64,000 nt of DNA from a virus. Lineage: Duplodnaviria; Caudoviricetes. Location of the stretch: IMG/VR virus record IMGVR_UViG_3300021431_000075, positions 512,001-576,000 of that record. One strand, written 5' to 3'. This document shows, piece after piece, positions 10,815-19,667 of the stretch. The position numbers were made by a program, and so were the translations under genes. Under the pieces are notes generated by a model, which saw only the letters and a list, made by a program, of their open reading frames with translations, was not told the origin of the DNA and did no database searches. The stretch's first letter is position 1. Every line of letters begins with the position of its first letter.

Positions 10815-10930
10815 CCAGAAAGAAAAATTGAAACTAATTGAAAAACGAGCAAAATCGTTTTTTCAAAGTTTCTTTTAATTTGCAAGATTCTGAAGTTTTT
10901 GATTTCAGAATCTTGCGTGCAGGTTAAGGA

Positions 10931-12529
10931 TTAGAGGTCCTTGAATATCTCATCCGGGTCGAAGTCGAAGTCATCTGGATTTTCATCGTCAGATGACTTT
11001 TCTCCATCTCCGTCTCCGTCGTCTTCATTTGATTCATCGCCATCTTCTACAATTTCACCGATGTTCTGTGTGAACTCCTCTTCTGTCACGCCCCACTTGT
11101 CTATGAGAACTTCTTTGAACTTAGGAAGCTCGTCTGTGTCTGTGAGGGTGAGCTTGTATGAACCGTCTGCATCTTCTTCGCTGCTGTCATCAGACTGTTC
11201 TTCATCTTCATCAGAAGTTTCTTCTTCATCGTCGTCTTCATAAAGGCGGTTCTTGTACTTGCGACCGAAAGACTCTTCTGTCTTCTTTTCTTGTTCTTCT
11301 TCACCTTCTTCTTCCTTGTCAGAAGTTTCTTCCTCATTGTCTTCTTCTGATTCTTCATCTTCAACAGGAGAAATCTCGATAACATCTTCTGGAATGCCTG
11401 CTTCGATGCAGTCGCTCTTAAGATCCTCTGCATCTTCCTTGCTTGCAAGAGTGATTACGATAGAACCGAGTTCCTCGACTGTATCTTCGTCAGGGTTCTC
11501 GTCAGATGACTTGTCATCGTCGCCTTCTTCTGGTTTTTCTTCTGAATCTTTATCCTTGTTTTCTTCTTCATTATCATCAGTCTGGAAGTCGCTTGGATTC
11601 AGACTCTTGAAATCAAACTTGTCGTCTGCTTCGTCATCCTTATGTTCATCGTCTTCCCTGAGAGCAAGTGCTTTTCTGTATGAAATCTCCTCATCAAGAA
11701 TCTTACGAATCTTGTTCTTCTTGTCAAGCTGTTCATGGAGCTTCTTAACACCGTCTGCCTCATTGAGACCAGCGATTTCTTTCTGTATCTTTGCAATCTG
11801 GTTAGTGAGTTTTTCAAGAAGAACTTCAAGTTCGTTTGTTGTGTATTCAACGATTGCCTTGTTATTAATCTTAACATCTGGATAGATGGACTTCTTTCCA
11901 GCCTTAAGGGACTCGCACACGAGCTTGTATGTCTTTGGACCGAGCTTGCTCTTGATATAAGACTGCTTTGCCTTTAGCATCGCGCGACGTGCGACACTCT
12001 CAGAAAGTCTATTTCCTGTCATATTGTCAATGACATCATTGAGAGTAACATTCTTGTTGTTTGGCTTGCGGTAGTTGCCGTGAAGCGCTTCATAGAGATT
12101 GACAAGATTGCCGCTGTTCTTCTTTGCTGCCGGACGCTTCTTGCTTTCATTTACACGTCTTGCAGCGGGCTTGCGTTGAATCTGCTTTCTCTCGTTCATA
12201 GTGCTTCTGCTTACTGGAGCAGTTCTCTTCTTTGGACAGCAACTTCTTTTCTTTTCGAACAAGTCGATTTCATTGGCATAATCAATGTCATCATCGACTA
12301 TGTATCTGTTCACATCAACATCAGCAACGACTTCAAATGCTTCTTCGATGTCTTCATAATCAATATCACCACTAACGACCATAATGAGGTCATTGTTATC
12401 TTCTTTGTAACCAGCTACATTCGCGCCGGCATCAATAAGAAAGTTTTTTATGTCCTGAATTCTAACAGATGGATTGATGTCAGTCTTCAGAAGTGTAATA
12501 TTAATATTTACAGGTGCGCTAATTTTCAT
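10931..12529 (-). CDS. Putative prohead core/scaffold-like protein with an extremely acidic C-terminal half (532 aa)
   Basis: Many (L/V/I)-x-E sites (VNE, LYE, LSE, LNE, LRE), coiled coil, D/E tracts; late promoter at 12561-12568. Confidence 0.5.
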   Translation of the reverse strand: MKISAPVNINITLLKTDINPSVRIQDIKNFLIDAGANVAGYKEDNNDLIMVVSGDIDYEDIEEAFEVVADVDVNRYIVDDDIDYANEIDLFEKKRSCCPKKRTAPVSRSTMNERKQIQRKPAARRVNESKKRPAAKKNSGNLVNLYEALHGNYRKPNNKNVTLNDVIDNMTGNRLSESVARRAMLKAKQSYIKSKLGPKTYKLVCESLKAGKKSIYPDVKINNKAIVEYTTNELEVLLEKLTNQIAKIQKEIAGLNEADGVKKLHEQLDKKNKIRKILDEEISYRKALALREDDEHKDDEADDKFDFKSLNPSDFQTDDNEEENKDKDSEEKPEEGDDDKSSDENPDEDTVEELGSIVITLASKEDAEDLKSDCIEAGIPEDVIEISPVEDEESEEDNEEETSDKEEEGEEEQEKKTEESFGRKYKNRLYEDDDEEETSDEDEEQSDDSSEEDADGSYKLTLTDTDELPKFKEVLIDKWGVTEEEFTQNIGEIVEDGDESNEDDGDGDGEKSSDDENPDDFDFDPDEIFKDL

Positions 12530-12638
12530 TTTTCAAAACCACTAAATATTTTATATATTGTATTTATCATTATTGAATTGCCATATTTTCTTGAATTGTT
12601 TGCAGTTATGGAATGTAATGTTTGCATGATAGACAAAA

Positions 12639-12670
12639 AAGAAAGCATCCTGTTGATTGGATGCTTTCTT
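12639..12670. terminator. Intrinsic terminator hairpin
   Basis: AAGAAAGCATCC/GGATGCTTTCTT 12-bp stem with a T-run on the minus strand. Confidence 0.7.
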
Positions 12671-12693
12671 CTGTGAATCTATATGAGTTCTTA

Positions 12694-15195
12694 TTAAACC
12701 TCGGCTGTGTCGATTGGAATGATATGTTGAGGCTTTACACCATATTTAACAAGTTCTTTAACTTTTCCATCAAGACTATCCTTAGTATTCAGTACGATGA
12801 CAAAGAACTTTTGACTTAGTACTTTCTTCGGAAGATTGGCAAGTTGAGAAATGTTATCTTCAGCATCAGTCATTAGAATCAATAGAGTATGCTTGTCTTT
12901 GTAATACTCTTTTAGACTTCTGACATGCTCAACAGATCTTACAATATCTGTACCGCCACCAGGGTCTTTGTCTTTGTTGTATATTATTTTGGACTTCTTT
13001 AATGAATCAGGATCTTTCTTTTCCCAAGTTCTGACTCTTGATTCAAAAATGTCTGTTGAGAAGTATGTCAATGCACTGTTCTGAATCTTGATTTCTTTTT
13101 GTTTTTCAAGATTGAATATTTCTACGAACACTCTTGCAAGAACTTCAGAACTTATTGAACCGGATGCGTCTATAAGATAGAATACATCTGCAAAATTATA
13201 TCTCGGTTCTATTCTATTCTTTTCCTTAGCATTAACAAGACGGTCTCCACGCCAAGTAGAAGATAATCTTGGCTTTTTGATAGTTTTGTATATCTTTGGA
13301 TCAAGACCTGCTTCTTTCAGACAATTCTTTAAGAGTTTCTTCCAGTTGATGACCGGTTCCACTTTGAGGAGTTCTTGAATTTCTCTGATTCTTCTGGCCA
13401 ACGGACTGTCTTTTCCGCCCAATGAAGATAATTCATCTGCGTTGGCATCAAACAATCTACAAGCGTCTTCAATAGGATCTTTTAATTTTTCCTTTTTGCC
13501 GTATTGCTTCCTTTCCTCTTTGAAAATCTTCATTCCCTCTTCTTTCGAAATCATATCACCTCCAAGAGAAGAACCGCAATTAACATCGTATTTTTGTTGG
13601 GCATTTACTGCGTCAATGTTACTATTCCATACATCATCTCTGCCGCCGATTATCATTTCTTTTCCAACGCCTTTCGATGAACTATTGTTTTGTGATGGAT
13701 TTCCTCCACCCTCTTGACCGGGTTGAACGCCACCGTTAGTACTGCCTTGGTTTCCGCCTTGCTGACCACCTTGGTTTCCGCCTTGCTGACCACCTTGGTT
13801 GCCACCCTGCTGACCACCTTGGTTGCCGCCCTGCTGACCACCTTGGTTGCCACCCTGCTGACTACCTTGGTTGCCACCCTGCTGTCCGCCTTGGTTTCCG
13901 CCTTGCTGACCACCCTGCTGACCACCTTGCTGTCCACCTTGCTGTCCACCTTGCTGACCGCCTTGCTGACCGCCTTGGTTTCCGCCTTGCTGACCACCCT
14001 GCTGACCGCCTTGCTGACCGCCTTGCTGACCACCTTGGTTTCCACCTTGCTGACCGCTTTGCTGACCTCCTTGCTGTCCGCCTTGCTGACCGCTTTGTTG
14101 ACCTCCTTGCTGTCCGCCTTGCTGACCGCCTTGCTGACCGCCTTGCTGACCGCCTTGCTGACCGCCTTGCTGTCCGCCTTGCTGACCGCCTTGCTGTCCG
14201 CCTTGGTTGCCTTGGTTTCCTTGCTGTCCGTCTTGGTTTCCACCTTGCTGCCCACCTTGGTTTCCACCCTGCTGTCCACCTTGCTGACCGCCTTGCTGAC
14301 CACCCTGCTGACCGCCTTGCTGACCACCCTGCTGACCGCCTTGCTGACCGCCTTGCTGACCGCCTTGCTGACCGCCTTGCTGTCCGCCTTGGTTGCCTTG
14401 GTTTCCTTGCTGTCCGTCTTGGTTTCCACCTTGCTGACCATCTTGCTGAATATCATTGGTAAGTGACTGTGGTGGTATCTTGCTCAACACATCATTCATT
14501 TCCGGTAACAGAATATCATATATGTCTTCGCATACTCTTAAACCGAATCTGCTGTTTTTTCCATCTTTTGTGTAGCATCCACCGATAGTTTCTGTACATC
14601 CGTCGAATTCAGGAAACTGTGTCTCGATATCTCTGTTAATTTCTTCATCACCGGCAACGTTCATTAAGAAGAACTTGTTCTGATTGGTTGTGATAGAATT
14701 ATCATGTTTGATTCCTCGTTCCAAGTGTCTGTATATCTTATGATAACACTCATGAATAAGAACAAATAATAGATAACGATGTGTATAGAATACTACATCT
14801 TTTTTCCACTGGTCTCTCTTTTCTTTTGAATCATTACTGGATGGTCTATTTTTTGCAAGATCGTTGAGTTTTGTTCCTGCTTTTTCATCTTCACCGCCAG
14901 CAATACTAAACAATTTAATAGCAAATGACGGATTAAAGTATATATAGAATCCATCAGTTGCTGCAGTATCCACACGATATGTCCAAATGACATCTGTGTA
15001 AAATTTACCTATAGATGCATATTTTGAACTTGATGACTTAAGATGCTCATCGAATATTGCAGTGAATTGCTCAATGATACGATTGATGTCAACTGTACGT
15101 TCTTCAATACTGCCATCATCATTGTGAGTTCTCAATACAATGTCACCATTTTCTGCTGATTGTCTGATAACTTCATCAGTTGTTATTTCGCTCAT
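12694..15195 (-). CDS. vWA-domain metallopeptidase-like protein (DUF2201-type), partner of the MoxR ATPase, with a ~240-aa GQQG linker
   Basis: TAATDG and HECYH (HExxH) in the N-domain; MIDAS DASGS, GGGTD and TDAE in the C-domain. Confidence 0.85.
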   Translation of the reverse strand: MSEITTDEVIRQSAENGDIVLRTHNDDGSIEERTVDINRIIEQFTAIFDEHLKSSSSKYASIGKFYTDVIWTYRVDTAATDGFYIYFNPSFAIKLFSIAGGEDEKAGTKLNDLAKNRPSSNDSKEKRDQWKKDVVFYTHRYLLFVLIHECYHKIYRHLERGIKHDNSITTNQNKFFLMNVAGDEEINRDIETQFPEFDGCTETIGGCYTKDGKNSRFGLRVCEDIYDILLPEMNDVLSKIPPQSLTNDIQQDGQQGGNQDGQQGNQGNQGGQQGGQQGGQQGGQQGGQQGGQQGGQQGGQQGGQQGGQQGGNQGGQQGGNQDGQQGNQGNQGGQQGGQQGGQQGGQQGGQQGGQQGGQQGGQQGGQQSGQQGGQQGGQQSGQQGGNQGGQQGGQQGGQQGGQQGGNQGGQQGGQQGGQQGGQQGGQQGGQQGGNQGGQQGGNQGSQQGGNQGGQQGGNQGGQQGGNQGGQQGGNQGGQQGGNQGSTNGGVQPGQEGGGNPSQNNSSSKGVGKEMIIGGRDDVWNSNIDAVNAQQKYDVNCGSSLGGDMISKEEGMKIFKEERKQYGKKEKLKDPIEDACRLFDANADELSSLGGKDSPLARRIREIQELLKVEPVINWKKLLKNCLKEAGLDPKIYKTIKKPRLSSTWRGDRLVNAKEKNRIEPRYNFADVFYLIDASGSISSEVLARVFVEIFNLEKQKEIKIQNSALTYFSTDIFESRVRTWEKKDPDSLKKSKIIYNKDKDPGGGTDIVRSVEHVRSLKEYYKDKHTLLILMTDAEDNISQLANLPKKVLSQKFFVIVLNTKDSLDGKVKELVKYGVKPQHIIPIDTAEV
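13745..14450. repeat. 12-bp-unit coding tandem repeat (GGQQ/GGNQ)n
   Basis: Repeated ccgccttgctga-type units; translate to GQQG/GNQG. Confidence 0.95.
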
Positions 15196-15230
15196 AATTT
15201 TGATTTTTGTAATTTGTTATTTTTCTGTTG

Positions 15231-15238
15231 CAAAGATA
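15231..15238 (-). promoter_or_regulatory. Bacteroidota housekeeping-sigma -7 element TATCTTTG(CA)
   Basis: Matches the TAnnTTTG consensus about 36 bp upstream of the vWA start. Confidence 0.65.
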
Positions 15239-15284
15239 CAAAGATTGATTGATATAAACAATATTATTAATCCTAAAAAATACT

Positions 15285-15322
15285 AAAATGCCAGTCATTT
15301 ACCAAAAAACAACTGGCATTTT
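15285..15322. terminator. Hairpin terminator between the AAA and vWA genes
   Basis: AAAATGCCAGT/ACTGGCATTTT stem. Confidence 0.6.
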
Positions 15323-15337
15323 CAAAATATTTAATTA

Positions 15338-18300
15338 TTATTTACCAAGACCTTTGTTGTTAATAGTATTGTAAGCGCCTTCAACAAGATATTTCAACAT
15401 CTTGAATAATGCAATACAACTAATGAAATTAGCATTGTCTTTGTCCATATTCTTAAGATTAGCAAAACTTCCATTGATTAAGTTGAAGTCAATAGTAGTC
15501 TTTGTTTCTTTATCGACGACTTTCTTCTTAAGGTCTATCTTTGCATACTTGGTAATATAAGATGTCAGACTTGTGCTGTCATCGTCATTCTTGCTATACT
15601 TGAACTGACCAATCAAGTCATTGGACAATGTGAGAATTTGTGACTTAATCAAATACTTGACAACATTTACCATGTACTTATAGAACTTCACCTTATCATA
15701 CATGACACAAATCACAGCCTTGATGTGATAGTCGAACTTCTCAGGATTCAAAAGAACATTATTTGTTACTGTCTTAACATTATCCTTGTTGTATGACAAT
15801 GTAACTATCTCTTTGAACTTATTGTCAATCTTTCCAATAGCAGATTCTTTCAGTTTGAATGTTGTTGGTTCATAATCACTTCCGAAGTATTCAGCAAAGA
15901 TTTTTCCAAATGGACTCAAACGCTTAGAACCGTCAGGGATGACAGTCAATGCACGAAGCATCTTTTCAAATATGTTCTTGCTGTTTGGTGTTCCGGAACT
16001 TGCTGTCTTGCTATCTTGAAGTTCTCTGAACGTACGAACGCCTTGCAAGTACTTAATCATCTCTTCAAAATCTCCTTGAGCATTCTGGTTAGGATAATTC
16101 TCCAACAAATATCTGAATACAAGTTCAGTCTTGATTCTTTCACCCTTCCAAGAAGAACCGGTTACTGTCTGACCGGAGTCTGGAGCAGTCATACTCTTTG
16201 TAGGAGAAGATATGTTATCTTTGAACAATTTGTCTTTGTTTACATAGCATCCTGTTGTATAGATGTCTAATATGTCTTGTGGTTCAAATTCCTTGTAGAA
16301 ATCATAGAACTTCTGCATATCTGTAATTTCATTGTCTCCGTGGTTGTCAGTAGGTTCAACTGTCCATACTTGTGAAATGATTTCATAAAGTATGTTTTCA
16401 AGAGCAGTTTCAATAGTTCCCGGATTATATTCAGTAAGTTCTTCATAGAACTTTCCTGCTTTTTCTTTGTAGAACTTATTGAATTTTTCTTCAGGAATTT
16501 TAGAAACAATGGTTGCAAATGCTTTATTGTTTAATAAGGTTCTGCCTTCTGTATCAGTTGTAGCGAAATCTGTAAGTTCATAAGGTCTTTCATCTTCATC
16601 TACATAACCATCTTTATAACGTAATTTTGATTTTCGTGTTATTCCATAATTTGATAATATCATCAATAATGGCAATAATACATCATCAATATACCGTTTC
16701 GTAGCATTTTCATGAGTACGAGGGTTTATACTCTTATAGTTACCTTTCGTTACACTACCGGCTTCTGGTGCCAAGATATCTTCTCTTGTTACTGCTTCGA
16801 TTCCCCTGTTGCTATTAGCAGACTGACCTATAACGAAACCTTGACCTTCACCCTTAATTCTTTTACTAATAGCTTCAAAGTCGATGTTTGCTGCTTTGCC
16901 TTCGCGGTCATAACCGCCATTATCAATAGTAGGATACCATACTGCATCACCCGCAATTGCTTCAATATAGTCTACAATCATTGGCAATATGTTTGGCAAA
17001 CCAGTTTCAGTATTTACTTGTTTTGCCCATTTTAACCAGTCGCTCTTCTTTGGTACGAAATGGATGATAGTAAAACGGTTAGAAATTGCAGGCTGTTCGA
17101 ATTCTTTGAATGACATTTTTGCTTCTTCTGCTTCTCCTGCAACATCAATTTCTCGGTTTGATGCAGTAACAACAGCCCAAGATTTTGCAAGTCTTAACGA
17201 GCCAATAGTTTTTGCACAAATACCCATGAACAAAGGAAGTGCAGATGGAGCACAACGAAGCAATTCGTCCAAGAAAAGAATACCACCCTGATAATCCTCT
17301 GCCTTTTCTATATTCCAATATGTCGTGTTATTTATAAATTCTTTTTCATCAAAGTTTTGTTTCAATGCATCCATTGCCGTCTGGTCTTTTGTTCTATGAA
17401 GACATCTTGCAAATAATAATTCATTTTTATAGTTCTCTGTATTATCAGAACTAAAATTATAAGCAGGAAGCCAAGACAATGCTGCTTCTTCAACACGTTT
17501 CAAATCTGTGAATGAGTCGTCCGGAATTGGAATCCTAACACTATCGCTTTCCAGTTTACCACAGTCAACATATTGAATATCCATGTTTATTGCCAGTTCT
17601 GGATCGTTTCTGAAATCGTTAACCAATTGCTTTACGATTTGGGTTTTTCCGACACCCGGAGCGCCAAAAATTAACGGAACAAAACCCGGATTTGGAGTTG
17701 AGAGAATAAGTTTTTCTTTTGTCTGTTTTGCTGCTTCTAAGTTTTGAGAAACTTCTTTTAATTTCTTTTCCTTGCGTTCTATATATTTCTTAAGATTTTC
17801 TGCTTTTTCTCCGGTTGCTTTCTCTAAATCATTTTTAAAATTTTGAATATCGTTGTTTAATGAATTTATTTTTAATGTATAATTGTAAATATTATTATTG
17901 GTATATTTAATACGATTAAAATCAATCTGGCTTTGTACCAAGCCCTTGACAGTTGATACTAATTCTGTAGCATCGCATATTGAACCGGAGTAATACTTTC
18001 CTGTATCTTCATTTTGTGGCGCATACAAAGTCATCGGAGCTTCCTCGTTCAAGCGATGAGAGTTATAAAACGTGCGATTGACATAACTTATTGATTCTTC
18101 AACAGTTTTGTCAGTCGTGCCGGCAACATTCATAACACGCTTCCAGTATCTCTCGATTTGAGGAATTTCATATCTTGCAGCCACTGCGTCAATTGCTTGC
18201 TCAATGTTAGGTCTCTTGATATTGATTCCGTTTTCATTGGCTATGTTTATATTATCATCAGATGAATAAAATGTAACGCCTTCTGGCATCTCGCCACGAG

Positions 18301-18661
18301 ACTGAAGAATGGCAAGATTGATTGGGTTGCAGAAAGAGTTTGCATTAAATTCGCCATTTTGTGAACTGATTGCAATGAAACCTTTCACTTTCTTCATCAC
18401 TACCTGAAAAGCATCTTTCACCTTTCTTCCGATAGACTTAATGGCATCAATAAAACCCTCGTTGATGTATATGTCACTCATCGGGATTCCTCTCTCGATT
18501 CGACCGTTCGTAAATTTGATTGTACATGTCTCTGCATTCTCGTTGATGTTAAGGAGTTTACCGCCAATCTTGTACTGGACGTCGTCCATAACATGGAGAA
18601 TCGTAACAGGAATGTTTAGATTTTTATTATTTCTCATTTTTACAATAAGTATTTTATCCAT
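15338..18661 (-). CDS. MoxR-like AAA+ ATPase with a long N-terminal extension (1107 aa)
   Basis: Walker A GAPGVGKT, Walker B ILFLDE, sensor TASN, arginine finger SNRF, PRT; adjacent to a vWA gene. Confidence 0.85.
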   Translation of the reverse strand: MDKILIVKMRNNKNLNIPVTILHVMDDVQYKIGGKLLNINENAETCTIKFTNGRIERGIPMSDIYINEGFIDAIKSIGRKVKDAFQVVMKKVKGFIAISSQNGEFNANSFCNPINLAILQSRGEMPEGVTFYSSDDNINIANENGINIKRPNIEQAIDAVAARYEIPQIERYWKRVMNVAGTTDKTVEESISYVNRTFYNSHRLNEEAPMTLYAPQNEDTGKYYSGSICDATELVSTVKGLVQSQIDFNRIKYTNNNIYNYTLKINSLNNDIQNFKNDLEKATGEKAENLKKYIERKEKKLKEVSQNLEAAKQTKEKLILSTPNPGFVPLIFGAPGVGKTQIVKQLVNDFRNDPELAINMDIQYVDCGKLESDSVRIPIPDDSFTDLKRVEEAALSWLPAYNFSSDNTENYKNELLFARCLHRTKDQTAMDALKQNFDEKEFINNTTYWNIEKAEDYQGGILFLDELLRCAPSALPLFMGICAKTIGSLRLAKSWAVVTASNREIDVAGEAEEAKMSFKEFEQPAISNRFTIIHFVPKKSDWLKWAKQVNTETGLPNILPMIVDYIEAIAGDAVWYPTIDNGGYDREGKAANIDFEAISKRIKGEGQGFVIGQSANSNRGIEAVTREDILAPEAGSVTKGNYKSINPRTHENATKRYIDDVLLPLLMILSNYGITRKSKLRYKDGYVDEDERPYELTDFATTDTEGRTLLNNKAFATIVSKIPEEKFNKFYKEKAGKFYEELTEYNPGTIETALENILYEIISQVWTVEPTDNHGDNEITDMQKFYDFYKEFEPQDILDIYTTGCYVNKDKLFKDNISSPTKSMTAPDSGQTVTGSSWKGERIKTELVFRYLLENYPNQNAQGDFEEMIKYLQGVRTFRELQDSKTASSGTPNSKNIFEKMLRALTVIPDGSKRLSPFGKIFAEYFGSDYEPTTFKLKESAIGKIDNKFKEIVTLSYNKDNVKTVTNNVLLNPEKFDYHIKAVICVMYDKVKFYKYMVNVVKYLIKSQILTLSNDLIGQFKYSKNDDDSTSLTSYITKYAKIDLKKKVVDKETKTTIDFNLINGSFANLKNMDKDNANFISCIALFKMLKYLVEGAYNTINNKGLGK

Positions 18662-18704
18662 TTAATTATTTATTTTCCAAAAAAGAAATGCATAATCGGT
18701 TTGA

Positions 18705-19493
18705 TTATGCATTCTTTTGACCATTCTCGGTTAATTTTATGATACCGAATACCGCATAATTGATTATGTCAAGATAGTTCGAATCGACACCTTCCGAGAT
18801 TAGCGTTTTTCCGTCATTCATCTCAATCATCATGTTTCTTGAAATCTTTGTTAGAATGAAGTCTGTATATGAGCAGGTTCGCATCAGTCTCCATGCTTCG
18901 TTGTAGTCATGGTTCTTCTTCATCATCAAATCAAAAGCAAGTTTCGCAAACTTGTCATATTTGATGATTGCTTCATCGACACTCAAGTCATTGACCGAAT
19001 AGTCAGTCTCAAGCTGAATAAGCGCGATGATTCCGTAATTGACGATTGCTATGAATTCAGGATATATTCCCTCTCCGACTTTCGATATGCCAATGTCCTC
19101 AAGATTTCTTATCCTTGTTGCTTTGATAAGCAACTGGTCTGTGACAGACATCGGTCTCAAGAACTTCCAACTTACGCCATAGTCCTTAATCTTATCAATG
19201 AAGATGTTTCTGCATTCTTTCAGCGCGGCTATGAACTCTTGTTCTGTTCTTGATGCGTTGTCGGTCATATTGTTTTGTTCTCTTGCTTTTGCTTGCTCTG
19301 TTGTCTGGTCTAAATGATTTTTTTCCGGTTCTGATGGTTTTTGTTCTTTTGATTCAATTTCTGAATTGATGTAGTTTTCTTCTTTCTGAATCCCATCTAC
19401 ATCTGCTGAACTGTTAATGCTTTCTTTGAAGTTTCTCTGAAGCTTATCAACACAGTTGGAAAATTCTTGCTGATTTGTGAATGTTTCGCTCAT
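18705..19493 (-). CDS. DUF1599 / nucleotide-modification-associated domain protein (two tandem repeats), Bacteroidota-like
   Basis: KxxDYGVSW and KNHDYNEAW repeats, EGVDSNYLDIINY. Confidence 0.8.
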   Translation of the reverse strand: MSETFTNQQEFSNCVDKLQRNFKESINSSADVDGIQKEENYINSEIESKEQKPSEPEKNHLDQTTEQAKAREQNNMTDNASRTEQEFIAALKECRNIFIDKIKDYGVSWKFLRPMSVTDQLLIKATRIRNLEDIGISKVGEGIYPEFIAIVNYGIIALIQLETDYSVNDLSVDEAIIKYDKFAKLAFDLMMKKNHDYNEAWRLMRTCSYTDFILTKISRNMMIEMNDGKTLISEGVDSNYLDIINYAVFGIIKLTENGQKNA

Positions 19494-19568
19494 CTTTATT
19501 TCATTTCTTTTTTTCTTATTTTATATATCAATCTCTATTTTCAATAGAGATTTTTTTCATTCATTTTG

Positions 19569-19576
19569 CAAATATA
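19569..19576 (-). promoter_or_regulatory. Bacteroidota -7 element TATATTTG(CA)
   Basis: TAnnTTTG upstream of the DUF1599 gene, just after a terminator. Confidence 0.6.
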
Positions 19577-19588
19577 AAGAAAAAAATT

Positions 19589-19624
19589 AAGTCTGCAAAA
19601 AATTGTTAATTTTTTTGCAGACTT
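19589..19624. terminator. Intrinsic terminator hairpin
   Basis: AAGTCTGCAAAAAA/TTTTTTGCAGACTT. Confidence 0.7.
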
Positions 19625-19667
19625 TTGATGTTTATGGTTGGAAATTCAATCGTTTAGAATGATTTCA

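Noticed and set aside
13745-14450. Possible CRISPR array (also considered for 27672-27803 and 20899-21190)
   Set aside because: The repeats are contiguous, in-frame and coding, with no unique spacers; no cas genes were seen.
13653-14466. 267-aa (SKAV)n and 250-aa (LLTA)n ORFs
   Set aside because: They are alternate-frame and antisense shadows of the stop-free 12-bp repeat inside the vWA gene.
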